A stretch of 64,000 nt of DNA, taken from the NCBI GenBank assembly GCA_002269645.1, contig NIVC01001835.1, forward strand, positions 1 to 64,000, written 5' to 3'. Origin of the DNA: Macrostomum lignano. Lineage: Eukaryota. Below the pieces are notes generated by a model that was given only the letters and a program-made list of their open reading frames with translations, was not told where the DNA came from and searched no databases. A program made the position numbers and the translations under genes. This document shows positions 11,200 through 23,663 of this stretch, piece by piece. Within the stretch, counting starts at the first letter, position 1. Each line of letters opens with the position of its first letter.

Positions 11200-12110
11200 G
11201 AGAATCCTACAGAAGGCGCCGCAACCACCTCAGAATCCTACAGAAGGCGCCGCAACCACCTCAGAATCATTCAGAAGGCGCCGCAACCACCTCAGAATCG
11301 TTCAGAAGGCGCCGCAACCACCTCAGAATCATTCAGAAGGCGCCGCAACCACCTCAGAATCCTTCAGAAGGCGCCGCAACCACCTCAGAATCCTTCAGAA
11401 GGCGCCGCTACCACCTCAGAATCCTTCAGAAGGCGCCGCTACCACCTCAGAATCCTTCAGAAGGCGCCGCTACCACCTCAGAATCCTTCAGAAGGCGCCG
11501 CTACCACCTCAGAATCCTTCAGAAGGCGCCGCTACCACCTCAGAATCCTTCAGAAGGCGCCGCTACCACCTCAGAATCCTTCAGAATGCGCCGCAACCAC
11601 CTCAGAATCATTCAGAAGGCGCCGCAACCACCTCAGAATCCTTCAGAAGGCGCCGCAACCACCTCAGAATCATTCAGAAGGCGCCGCAACCACCTTAGAA
11701 TCCTTCAGAAGGCGCCGCTACCACCTCAGAATCCTTCAGAAGGCGCCGCTACCACCTCAGAATCCTTCAGAAGGCGCCGCTACCACCTCAGAATCCTTCA
11801 GAAGGCGCCGCTACCACCTCAGAATCCTTCAGAAGGCGCCGCTAACACCTCAGAATCCTTCAGAAGGCGCCGCTAACACCTCAGAATCCTTCAGAAGGCG
11901 CCGCTACCACCTCAGAATCCTTCAGAAGGCGCCGCAACCACCTCAGAATCCTTCAGAAGGCGCCGCAACCACCTCAGAATCCTTCAGAATGCGCCGCTAC
12001 CACCTCAGAATCCTTCAGAAGGCGCCGCAACCACCTCAGAATCCTTCAGAAGGCGCCGCTACCACCTCAGAATCCTTCAGAAGGCGCCGCAACCACCTCA
12101 GAATCCTTCA
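11200..12110. repeat. 31-bp minisatellite (CAGAAGGCGCCGCAACCACCTCAGAATCCTT)n
   Basis: About 29 near-identical units; the ORFs over it show 31-aa periodicity cycling through three frames. Confidence 0.97.
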
Positions 12111-12883
12111 GTTCGTAAAAAAACCACTTTATTTTTCAAAGTGGAAAGATAATTCATCAGTTACGGTAAATGAGCGAGAAACAACTTCAATACGTAATAC
12201 TTTGTTATAAAAAATCTCATTGAACTTCGCTTCAAAAAGGATTTGATCAGAATTTTTTAAATACGGAAATTTTTACGCCTCGTTGTGAAGCTGAAGCCCA
12301 ACAGAAAGTTACAAAAGTTACGATTCGTTAAATTTGAAAATAAAATGTGAAAACAAAATAATACGAGAATTTCAGTTAATAACAATAATAATATCTGGAA
12401 ATTAGCTGGGCTTTCAAATTAGCTCTGGTGTTGGAGTGAAATCAAACTCAGACTATGCTTTAGACTAATTAAGAAAATTACAGCCAAGAATTCCTGTACA
12501 CGGGGTTTCTAAATAATTTTGAGGGTAAAAGGTGGGAGTAGACAGGGCTGTATATGTAAAGGCTATTGCCTCGTCTAATTAGTAGTACTTTCTTTCCAAT
12601 ACATTACAATAGCAATCCGACCCGTTCAAGGTTTGTACCTCTTCTCAGCTGTCTTCTTTAATCTCATCTCTATCTTCTCTATTCTCCCTCCTCTAATCCG
12701 CAGTCAATGCGCTAGGTTCTCTATCTGGCCCTGTGCCAGACGATTCACATGTTAATAGATTTTGCTCTTTTTTCATAGCGCCAAATAGGGTTTCACCATA
12801 GACAATTCTGCCCTGAAATATCCGGCTTGACACAAAAAAAATCACACAGAATCAACTGCTGGACATGATAAATTGTAAACTGT

Positions 12884-15800
12884 TCAGGTTCGCGACCCTC
12901 TCTGCAGCAGCAGGGATCCTCGATCACCTTCGCCACTGCCGACGCCGCCGCCTCCGCTGCCACCAGCGCCGCCACCATTAGCGGCCGAATCGTCCGAACT
13001 GGCCGAGTGTGGCAGCGAACAGTCGCGGCTAACAACGCAGAGAAATTCGCCATGATTATCGTCTGAGCTGCCATAATTATAACTGCTACCGGTGCTGATT
13101 AATTGCTCAAATTTCCAGCCATCGCTAATAGTGCTGACCATTGGCGCGAGCTCCTCTTCTGAGCACTGGAACACCCGATAGACTGGCCGGCTGGACCGGC
13201 CGCACAATGGACAACCAGAATTGCCAAGACGGTTTTGTTCTTCTCGACGCTTTCTAGCCAGACTAATGAGGCTGGTGATGTTGTAGAATTCGGCCTCTTC
13301 TAGTACGCCATCGAGGCTAAGATTGCCCCCCATAATTAGCTTGCCATGGCGCAGGTAATTCAGCACAATGCCAAAGTACTTTGGATCGCGATCAATTAGG
13401 AATGCACCATGCTCATCCTGAACAAATGTAAGGTGGTGGAACAGGTTTAGTTGTAAATTAGTATTCATAAGTTAGAATTTTTAGGATTGCGATTGATAGG
13501 ATTAGGATCCTGTCCTATCTCTAGTTTTGGGATCCTATCATATATCTTTGGTAGCAAAAATGCATATCATAAATGTAAAGGAATAGCCAAGGTCAATAGA
13601 ATAATCACTAATAAGTGGGCCTCTAGGAGATAGTCATATTCATTCATAATTTCATTTAAAAAAATATTTTTTAATTACAAAGGAGTGAAAGCTAAATAAC
13701 CCATAGAAGCTTACAAAATGACTAGAAAAATTAAACATAAATAATGAATACCAAATACCAAATATCACAACAGCAAATGTGAAAACAAGCATTTAACAAA
13801 TTTGTTTTTATTTAAATTGACTTTCTAGAGCAGACAAATGTAATAATTGTTCTTTACCTAAATTGTTATGTATACTTGTGCACCATTTTGCAGATGGTGG
13901 GGTGTACGCCGGAAAATTCCGGCGTACACTTGATTTCCGTGGCGTACACCAGCGTACATTTCTTGGCTGTGTACAGTGTGGCGTACAGTGTGGTGTATGT
14001 GACTGGCGTAGAAATTAATATAATGATTTTTTTTGTGCCTTTTCTGTGTTAAGTTATTTCAAAAACTATTTTTTTCTGCTACTATTTTCTCATCTACCAA
14101 TCATTTTAATTATTGGAGTTGTCACGACAATCGTCATGTCATTATCAATTTTTTGTATTTTAAATTTAAATTTTAATATTCGCTGATTTTTTTTACTGTT
14201 TTTTAAGTTGGCGTACATTTAAAATCTGTTGGCGTACAATTGAAAATTCAATAAAAATGTGTCCGGCGTACACAGAAAACCTTCCGCAATATGGCTTGTG
14301 CATATATGTCTTCTATTTGAATGCACCCCACAGACAGCAACATTTCTTTTTTAGCCAATGAGAAGAAATTTAACTCAGATTGGATTGGTTGATAGTTCAA
14401 CACAAAGCAGTCAATGATACAAAAATTTTGCACCTGTTGGACTAAGTGCTAAGCTCAATAGACTAAATTTTAACAACTACAGTCTTCTAGCACCAATGTG
14501 CATTAGCACAAAACAGTCTTGTTTATAAGAAGACTTATAAGAATAACTTGCACATTGGAGGAAGACTATGCTTATACTATACAGTTTTGTTTAATTATAT
14601 GTATTCTTGCACACACATTATTCATACCTGTATAAAATCTGCTAAGCTTTGAGAATATAGGCTTGAGTAAATCTTTCCCACATTTAACAATTTGATAAAA
14701 CTGAAACAATACATTTTCTTTTGGACTATAGACACCATAGTGCAGAAGGATGTCCGTATACAATAAAACTTTAAAAAAAAATTTGACTTGTTATACGACA
14801 GTAGGATGGGGATTGAAAAATGGTACTACTAGTATACAATAGGGTACGATAGGAATAAACACGAATATAAATATAAATATATTCTAATTTTCTAGAAAGT
14901 GCAAAGTAAAACAATAATTAGGCCTATGTTGTTATTTACTGACTACACACAATGCACATCAGTTAGGAAAACAAAACAAATATGAAAGTTTTTTATGCAT
15001 GAATTTTGTTTGTGATTTTTCTTTCATTGGCAACAGTACCATAATGAATGAGTTTTAAATATGGAAATGACTTACAAACTATGGTTAATGAAAAAATACT
15101 TTTTGATGTTTGACTCGTGTATGATTGTATGATAGTGTACAATATAGCACCCCCAAAAAAAGAGTTATGTATGATATGTACGACAGGTGATCCTTGTGTA
15201 TGATAGAAATTTCTATCATATATCTATCTTTCCGCACTATGGTATAGACACAATAATGATATAATAGCAAAGGCTATCAAATCTTGCTAACCAAGTAGCA
15301 ATGGGGGTAAAGGAATAAGCAAGCATAAAAGCAAATATATCACCATAGTCAAGATCATGGCACGTCTGCACTAGAATGAATCCTATCAAAAAAATTTGAT
15401 TACATCATGTGCTGGAACATATCTTATCAAAAAAGTTTGCTTGCACTATGCGCCAAAACTATTCCTATCAAAAAAGTTTGCTCCTGTCATATACTGCAAC
15501 TTTTTGAAAAAACAAAAATCAGTACTTTTCTATTTGATAAAATATTAGTAAAATAAAACTTGTAGGCCTATTTAAATCTGTTTCATAGAAAATGACCAAG
15601 TTAGGCCTATTCCACACAAAAAACACAACAAATTGTTAATTATAGGTGAAAACGACTAAATATAATAAAGTTTATGCAGTAAAAAATTACCTTGTCACTT
15701 TTCAAGACAGAATCTTCTTGAACAAGTCTTGCTAGAAAAGATTCATTGTACTGCAATAATGTTGATCGGGTTGTAACAAATGTTTTGCCACCAACATTAA

Positions 15801-15918
15801 GTCTAATCCATCGAGAGTGTGCTCCTCCTTGAGCATTGTTTTGTAACGTCAAACCAGCACTTAATGAAGCCGTTATGTGACCGTGTCCATTGTTGGAAGG
15901 TCTTTGGTTATCAGACAT
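12884..15918 (-). CDS. KCTD5: BTB/POZ (T1-type) protein of the KCTD2/5/17 (insomniac) family
   Basis: Exon 1 15918..15691 ([18 protein letters not shown]...KSDK, then gtaatt) and exon 2 13417..12884 (cag, then [27 protein letters not shown]...[11 protein letters not shown]...[18 protein letters not shown]...EFLCVVSR). Phase 0 join. Confidence 0.92.
13883..14294. mobile_element. MITE-like non-autonomous DNA transposon (412 bp), ~35-bp imperfect TIRs, 8-bp TSD
   Basis: CTTGTGCA at 13875-13882 and 14295-14302. Ends read CCATTTTGCAGATGGT..GTGTACGCCGGA and (reverse complement) CCATATTGCGGAAGGT..GTGTACGCCGGA. Internal GGCGTACA motif repeats and a 13-bp-stem hairpin at 13902-13929. Confidence 0.8.
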
Positions 15919-16765
15919 CTTTGAGTTTGTCAAGTATTATTATTAATAATTAATAATTAATAAGTATTAACTTTAAGTCTTAACGCTAATAATACTGCTC
16001 TGCTGTATATCAATACTATAAAGTGTTAGAAGCGGCAAAGAATAACCAGATAATTTTTTGTGACTTTGTAGGCGCAAATATTTTTTGATTTCTAAGAGTT
16101 AAAAATATTGCACATTATACGGTGATAAGAGTTCCATTAGTTTTCCATGAAACTTTAAAATTTAAAAACAAAGTTCCTGATTAACAAAAAAGTAAACTCT
16201 ATAAAACATAAGGAGGTACTCAAGTCGTAGTTTTGTTAAATAAAGATTAAAACTAAACATTTAAAGTAAAACTGTATCTTTTTATTAGGGTCAAACACCT
16301 TGTTTGAAAGTGTTTTTTATTTAAAAGCAAAAAGGTTTCCCTGAAACTGAAACTTGAAAGTGTGTATTTTAACTCTCATCTAAGCTTTGCTGGCCAATTG
16401 ACGTGGGCCTCGGGCTGGATGTCTGAACCTGAATATCTACTCATTGTGCTGGTCGTTTTTGTGACTTGTATCTCAAAAATGCGCGACCTGTATGTTCTTA
16501 ATTGCATAGGTTTTTGGAAAATGTCAATATTTGTTTGTTAAATTATTTTGAGTAATTGACTACACAAAATTAATCTATGGACTATATTTTAAATAAGAAT
16601 GACTAATTTTAAGGGACTTAAGCCTGATTAGCACTATCTTTATGCTTCAAAACTTGTTATAACGTACCTGATCTCTTAAAGCTTCTAGCAGTCTATGGCC
16701 AATAAGCAATACAGCCAAAATTATGGTTAGGCCCTATAATAATTTGGTAGGGGCCTACACAAAAC

Positions 16766-18607
16766 GGCTACAGGTCAAAAGGGCGACAGATCAAAAGGGC
16801 GACAGTTAAAAGGGCGACAGTCAAAAGGGCGACAGTCAAAAGGGCGACAGTTATAGTGTATTTATATTGAAAATACGAGTTCCACGTACATTAAAAGTAT
16901 TTGTTAAAAGCAGTAAACATGTATCATACTTGTATTTGTTAAAATGCATTGTTAAAATGTGTACAAGCAGTTAAAATGGGGTTGTATTAAAGCTGGACAC
17001 GTATTGGACACACTATTAAATGTTAAAATATGGTTCAGTGAGGTCCATTTATTTCATTAACTGCCTTCAGTAGATCATCTGCTGAGCGGTTGCCACGCAT
17101 GAATTCTCTCCAGTATTTGAAGTACTGGGCCTGCATACTTCGGTATCTGTTGCGCTGTACGCGGCGCATTACTCCTTAGGAGAGGAGCTGCACTTCTACG
17201 GGGATCATTTGTGCTTCATTGAATAGGAGCTTGATAAGCAGGTAGAATTGGATGTTTCCTCGCTTGGCTCTGTAGTTTAGAGCGTGATGCCAGCTCTCTA
17301 AGTCGTTGTTGGTCCTAACTGCCTGTTGAAGTAAAGAAAAATATATTTTTTCTGGCTGCCTAGCAGTAGTGGATTTAAAGGGGGGCGCACAGGGCGCGCG
17401 CACCCCATCGAGTTTGATTTTTTCTTTTTTTCTATGGAAAGTACACATTTTCAGGTACATATATGTATACATCATGATATGCATAAACATGCACCTTAAT
17501 TAGTACTCTGCGTCCATGTGCACTTTTACTCCTACATGTGCACTTTACTTGTACATGTACTTTTTACATGCATTGTACTGTCTTTTCCAAGTTCTCTCCA
17601 AGATTGCAATGATATTTTTCCGGGTATATAACAGATTTTTTTCATAACTTCACCTGTCTGTATATGGAGATGTCATGGACATTCCAGATGGAGCTGGTGA
17701 TCCACGTCACTTGGACATAGTCGCACAGGGCAGACAGGAGAGGTGTTAGAGTAGTCTCAATGCAAAGATGGTAAAATGTCATCGCGATATGCTGAGGTGG
17801 CAGGAAGGGGAGCGCCATCAGCTTTCCTCTGCTGGTCTATGAAGTGGAGGATGGTTGTGGTGACTGTGGCCTTTGGTGAAGGTATCACCCTTTTGAACCA
17901 CTGTGGCGCCACAGTGTGCTTTGCGCTGCGAGCATCGCCAGTATGTGTTGTTGCCACGAGTCCGTGACACACCAAAGCTGTACTGACCATCCACGATTAA
18001 TACATCTTTCTTTTTGTTTGAGCCATCACGAATCAGTTCAAAATCTGCAATCTCCCGTGCTGTGATCTCCTAAGGAGCTGGATCTCGAATGCTTATGCCA
18101 GTGTCCGTTGGCACACCATCCTGACTGACATCATTTCTATCCACATCCTCGCTCACATCCTCACCCTGAGTGATATCCTCATCCTCAAAAATTACCTCTA
18201 CCGATGGTTGATCGGCATCCTGCTCAGGAGCATGATCGCTGACAGTGTCCTGTGGCTGTTGCTGCAGGATACTACAGTTACTGCACCTCCAGTCAAAGTT
18301 GTCCAAATGCTGAAAAGCGCGATATTGCTCTTGTGTAATGCCGCTGTTGCATGTTCGGTGTTGCCAACGATGGCAGCCATCACATTGCAAGCCTTGCTGA
18401 CGTTGGCAGACCTCATACAAGTACAAATTGTCAGCACAAAAATTGTTATTGCTAAGATTCTAAGATTTTCTAAGAAACGAGGCTTCCCATCCTTCCACTT
18501 AAGTAGTTCTTGGTCTAATACCTTGTCGCCCTTTTGACTGTCGCCCTTTTGACTGTCGCCCTTTTAACTGTCGCCCTTTTCATCTGTCACCCTTTTGATC
18601 GGTTGCC
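16766..18607 (-). mobile_element. Mutator/MULE (Phantom/foldback-type) DNA transposon, internally deleted, 8-bp TSD
   Basis: TIRs built of five 15-bp units (TCAAAAGGGCGACAG) at 16766-16850 and inverted at ~18525-18607; termini GGC...GCC. CACAAAAC at 16758-16765 and 18608-18615. Internal PHD, FLYWCH and RTNN..E.WH coding remnants. Confidence 0.9.
17035..18426 (-). pseudogene. Degraded transposase of the Mutator element: PHD finger, acidic linker, FLYWCH finger and C-terminal region; DDE core missing
   Basis: PHD: CQRQQGLQCDGCHRWQHRTC...WRCSNC. In-frame TAG at 18070-18072, then a frameshift, then YSFGVSRTRGNNTYWRCSQRKAHCGATV...HNHPP. Then LCDYVQVTWITSSIWNVHDISIYRQ, a predicted intron 17653..17323, and AVRTNNDLESWHHALN with an internal TAA at 17176-17178. 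Confidence 0.82.
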
Positions 18608-18847
18608 CACAAAACTATAGAAGTAAAGAAGACATATTACTATCTGCTAGCCATGAAGAAAAGATTTGGCCAGTGCAGCTATGAGAATTTGTTTATGGTA
18701 TCACTCTATCAGCACTAGAGAATCAATTTCCTAAGGAATTTTTGGATTGTGCCTTGTGAATCCTAGAGAATTTATTTTATTGTTATTCTATTCTATAGTT
18801 GGGAAGGTGACAATGTGACATGTATCTTGGGATTTCCTAGTGTACAA

Positions 18848-19580
18848 TGGGTGCCAACCAATTTTGGCAACAAACAAATTTGATGACAGAGATTAATAAT
18901 GGACCAATTTAACAAAAGCAAATTTAGCAACAATCTAGGCAAATTCAGCGATAATTAATAAAGGGAAAAAATTGTGTATAATTTAGATAATTACTTTAAT
19001 ACAATGGTATTCTTCAGTGCATATTGGCTTTCCCTTTTAATTGAGTTTGTTTTATCTATCATTAATCCTTGTGAGTTTTGAAAGTCCTTTCCAAGAAATG
19101 TTTATTAATTTAAGGTTGGGCAGCCTTGTAATAAGCAAAGACCTTTGAGACTTATAAAAATGAGAAAAACGATTTTCTTGTATACCTAATAAGGTCTTTC
19201 CATTGGTTACAATGTTGGAGAAAGGGATTTTCAAAAATATGCCATGCAAAGAAAAATGACAATTTTAAAATTTCAAGTGGTCCCTATGTACCATGTACAT
19301 TGTAGATATACCATATTCTCAAAATATGCAGGATATCCAATGTAACAACACACTTTTTGGTTATTTTAACATTCCTTTGCAGCCATTTTTTACATTTATA
19401 AACTTTTACCAGCATTTTAAGAAAGCCTTTATTATATGTAATTTGCATTAACTTGTCTTTAGCTATAAAAAGATATGTTGTTAAATTTGCCTTGATTGTC
19501 GTTGAATTTGCTTTAGCTAAATTTTTCCGTGTTAAATTTCTGCTGCCAAATTTGTTTGTTGCCGAATTTGCATGCATCCA
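18848..19580. mobile_element. Decayed foldback MITE (~733 bp) with ~110-bp imperfect TIRs
   Basis: 18848-18955 aligns by eye to the reverse complement of ~19475-19580 (shared GGCAACAAACAAATTTG, AAAGCAAATT, AGGCAAATT). TGTACAA flanks both ends (18841-18847, 19581-19587). Confidence 0.7.
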
Positions 19581-22266
19581 TGTACAACAAGGGTACTTGC
19601 CATTTTTTAGCATCATTTATCTTGGTGTATATGACATACCAGAAACATTGTGTCAATGACATATTTTTAGTTCTAATATACAAACCCACAGAAAAAAATT
19701 TGGGCATATACTGGCCTTGCATGCCAAAAGTTGGCATGCATAGTTAGTGTACAAGATTCTTAAGAAAATACTTGTAGTATACATACACATCTAGTGTCCA
19801 CTTTATAGAATCATGCAAAAGAGTTAGTGTTACTTATAAGTAAAAAAAATATTTTTTAAAGTTTTTTCAAGTGTAAATTTCAAACTTTCTATTTTTTAAG
19901 CTTGTAACATAGCATTTAAACAAATGTTTATGTGTATCAATTTTCTACTTAAGATAATATAGACAAGTAAGATAAAAAAGCAACCAAATTATCTATCAAA
20001 AAAGATTCTTTATATAACATAATATAGGTCAATTATTGTAGCAATGCAAAAAAGGTCATTTATTGTCACAATACTAGCATAGATTTAAGAGTGTGGGCAT
20101 GCACTAAATTTTTGGCATGCATTTGTAACTTTTCAATTTTTTGGATGTGCACCAAGCATGATCTATACTAGGCCTATCGATACAAACAAGATTTTGTATT
20201 TTTTTTCTAGTATTAGACCTAGCATAGGCCTATACTAATACATAATCTGAACTATAGATTCCATTCCCTATAAGGCTAATAGACACATGGAAAAACAAAA
20301 ATAACTAAAAATGGAATATAACTTAGCTCTTAAATGGTATAAGCTTAAATTGTATTGAAAAACTTATAAACAATGTTTGCTTTTAAATGTATTATAGACA
20401 ATATGGTATCACCTAATTGTATACACTAAAGGCATATTTAAAAAATGGTACTATATTTAACAAACAAAAAGCAGCGTGGGTAGTAATGAAATAAACATAT
20501 TTTATTTTAAATATGTACTATCATTGCTAGCCACAAAAAGAAAAAGGTGACCAACTGCAACTGCTTTCCAACCCCCTTTAAATCTGCCCTTGGGGCCTAA
20601 TATATGCATATATACATTTGTCAAAAAAGTCCAGAGATAGAAAATTTATGATTAAAATCTATGCTTGTGGGAAGTATTAATAGTAAAACATTATAGTTAT
20701 ATAGCAACTAGATAACAGTAGCAAATAGCAATGAAAAATGAGCAGTTTGTAATATTCATTGAAAAAATCTATTTGAAATAATGCAGTTTTGCAGTAAAAA
20801 AAGCATAGATGAAATACTCTTAATCAGATAGTAGAATTGTGGTTAGAATTTCTCACTAAAATATGATGGCTAAACATAGTATATAGCCTCTATTGGGGGT
20901 ACAGGGAAGACAATAAATGAAGTTATTCCATTATATTGTACATTTAATATGCACATAGCTAGACATTTTTTATAGAGGCATATAACTAGTAAGACTACTG
21001 CTTTATGTATTATGTAATATAACTTTTATACAATTACATGCACTATCCACTGTGCCCACAGCCCTACAAGGAGGTATATCCCCTTATCCCCCTTGCCTAT
21101 GGCATTGCTTGGCATATATTCTAATATACAAATGGATAGTATAGCATGTAAAAATGAATCTGTTACATAGTTTCACTTTTTTGTCATATTTTAGCATGCA
21201 ATCAACTACTACCTAAATTTCATTCTGGTATGCATTTGCCACCTTCTTGAGTATGGTTTTTACCCCATTTTTGGGTCTAGGGATGCAGTTCCCTGCAGCT
21301 GCTATGAATTCATTATGCTAGAAAACAAACTGACAATTCAGTGATAATGGGATTATTTATTTGATTTAACAATTGACATAATATTTAATGGTTTATGTCT
21401 TGATTAATTTATTGATATGCATAACTGAGTTGCTAATATTCAAAGTGAAAAGAAAAAACTTGTTATAGTTTGTTTGCATTTAGTATAGAATAATTTAAAG
21501 AGCCCATACTATGTCCTTTTCTTTTTAATTTTTAACTATGCTTTTTAAAATGTTTTTTGTATTTTCATTGTAGGCTTTATTTTTTTGTTTATTGTGAACT
21601 CTTAGTCTGACCTTTATTGAGGCATTTATTATGGATTTTTACAATAATCTTATTTTTTTTGCCCCTATATCATAAATGAAAAATTCTACCAACATATATT
21701 CAAAGCTTCTAACTCCTAACTGTCTACATTCATCTATCCTAACAAAAGTACCAATAGAAGTAGTAAATAGAAATAGAAATGATAAAAACAGCTGCTTATT
21801 TCTAGAAAAAAATGTTAGTCTTTGTGCCAGAATATGTTTCAATGTTTCATTTCTAGCTGTTGTTTCTATTTGATATAATAATCAACAAACTGTCACGTTA
21901 GATTACCAAATAGTTAACATATGATCTATATTCTATGCTGGAGATTATGTAGGTTATGCTATAAATTTCTGGCTTAAGTTGGTTTGGAGATTAGACATTA
22001 GCATTGGCATGGACAAAAACAGCAAGAATGTTTTTACTTTATATTCCTATATACTAAAAATTGTTTGTCTCTAGCTATCTAGGTATGTGATTGATTTTAG
22101 AAAAAAGTGTTCTCAACCAATTTTTGCAAAACTTGCACCTAAACATTAAACTAATTTAAAATTTATGATATAAAAAAGAACATAATTGATTACTTCTAAA
22201 CAATATACCAATAAATTCAATAATAAATTGTTTTGTAATCAAGTGAATTGGTTTCCATTAACCATC

Positions 22267-23663
22267 ATGTATGGACAGCAGCCATATCCAATGGGCAGCC
22301 ACAGTTCACCAATGCCACCTGCTACCAGCCAATCCAGTGGTGGAGGCGGTAGCACCAGCTTTGACTCCAATGTTCTGGGACTCTTACGCAATATGGAACG
22401 CGAAGATTTGCAGAAGTTAAATGATCAAACAATTGAAACTTTGATCTCTGACGATACTGATGTAAGTTTTTTTAGATTTGTTTTTCATGATAATCTGTCA
22501 CGAATAGTGTGTGTAATTCAAATATATAATAGGTAAACGGCAGGAGTAACTATAGCTTTATTACATTATGATATTGCCTCGTCATCTCATTTGTGCTTCA
22601 AGAGCTGTTTAGACAAAAAAATTTTGTATTTTGTAAGTTGTATTTTTTTAAATAATAAGAAACAAGACGATGCTCATCTTGATTTGCTTTACTAGCAGTA
22701 GAAAAAAATAGAAAGTCTTCATTTTTCAAATTTCAAAAAAAAATCAAATGATTTTTCAACTTACAGTAAAAAAGTGGGAAAATACTTAGGAAAGCAAACT
22801 ATAATGACCCATGAGGTACATGTGTACATGTCTAAGTCAGATAGTGTACATGTCTAAGTCAGAGTGTACATGTCTAAGTCAGAGAGTGTACATGTCTAAG
22901 TCAGAGAGTGTACATGTCTGATGATTCCAAAGTCAGATCCACTGTACACCCTTTGCGAGCGTGTTTATGAGCGCTGTGCTCAGGAGTCAGCGGATTGGGC
23001 AGAATTGCCTCATTGCTGGTCGGGGAACGATTTTGCTGGAGGCCTTTGTGTCTAAAAATGAACTATTTACACCCCGGTTGGCTCCAAGAATCATTGGCAA
23101 TTATTTTAAAATTGTTTTTACTCCAGTTAAACAAACTGCAAGAGGTCAAGCTAACCGAGAGCGCCACAAATCGCAGCCTGGCTGAGCACAATCTCAGCCA
23201 GCAGTCCCGAATCGAACAGGGTCGCCGAGCTCTGATCTCGGCGCATAAAGAGGCCGCAGATCTGGGCCGTCATCACCGAGAGCTCACTAGCCGCCTATCC
23301 GGCGGTCAGCAGGGCGAATCCCTTGAGACCCTGAACTCGCTGCTTCAATCTGCCTGCTTAGAAGCCGAAGAGAAAAGCGATTCAATTCTGGACCAGTTTC
23401 AATCCAACCGAATGTCCCTGCCGGAGTTTATTAATAAATACACGGAAGCCAGGGCGCTGTATCACACTAGGCGGGCTAAAACAGACAAAGTTACCGAGAT
23501 TTCTAATCAAAGAATTGTTCAGGCCTCGTCAGCTTATCGGACTACCAACATGCCTCCTGCAATGCCGCCTGTGGGACCGTTCGGTCCGCCGCCCGTGCCG
23601 CCGCAGCATGCCGCCATGCCGCCATATTATTATCCGCCTAATTACTACGGCGGTCGACCTTGA
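22267..23663 (+). CDS. VPS37: ESCRT-I subunit VPS37 (Mod(r) domain, B/C/D-like, Pro-rich tail)
   Basis: Exons 22267..22461 (then gtaagt) and 23127..23663 (after ctccag); phase 0. NRSLAEHNL and LLQSACLEAEEKSDSILDQF...FINKYTEARALYHTRRAK match the Mod(r) domain. PPYYYPP tail. Confidence 0.85.
22830..22920. repeat. Short 20-22-bp tandem array (GTGTACATGTCTAAGTCAGA(GA))n in the VPS37 intron
   Basis: About 4.5 units seen directly. Confidence 0.85.

Noticed and set aside
17360-17410. GC-rich GGATTTAAAGGGGGGCGC fragment (similar pieces near 20570, 21060, 45770) as a separate transposon family
   Set aside because: The fragments are short and decayed, with no definable ends or TSDs in this window.
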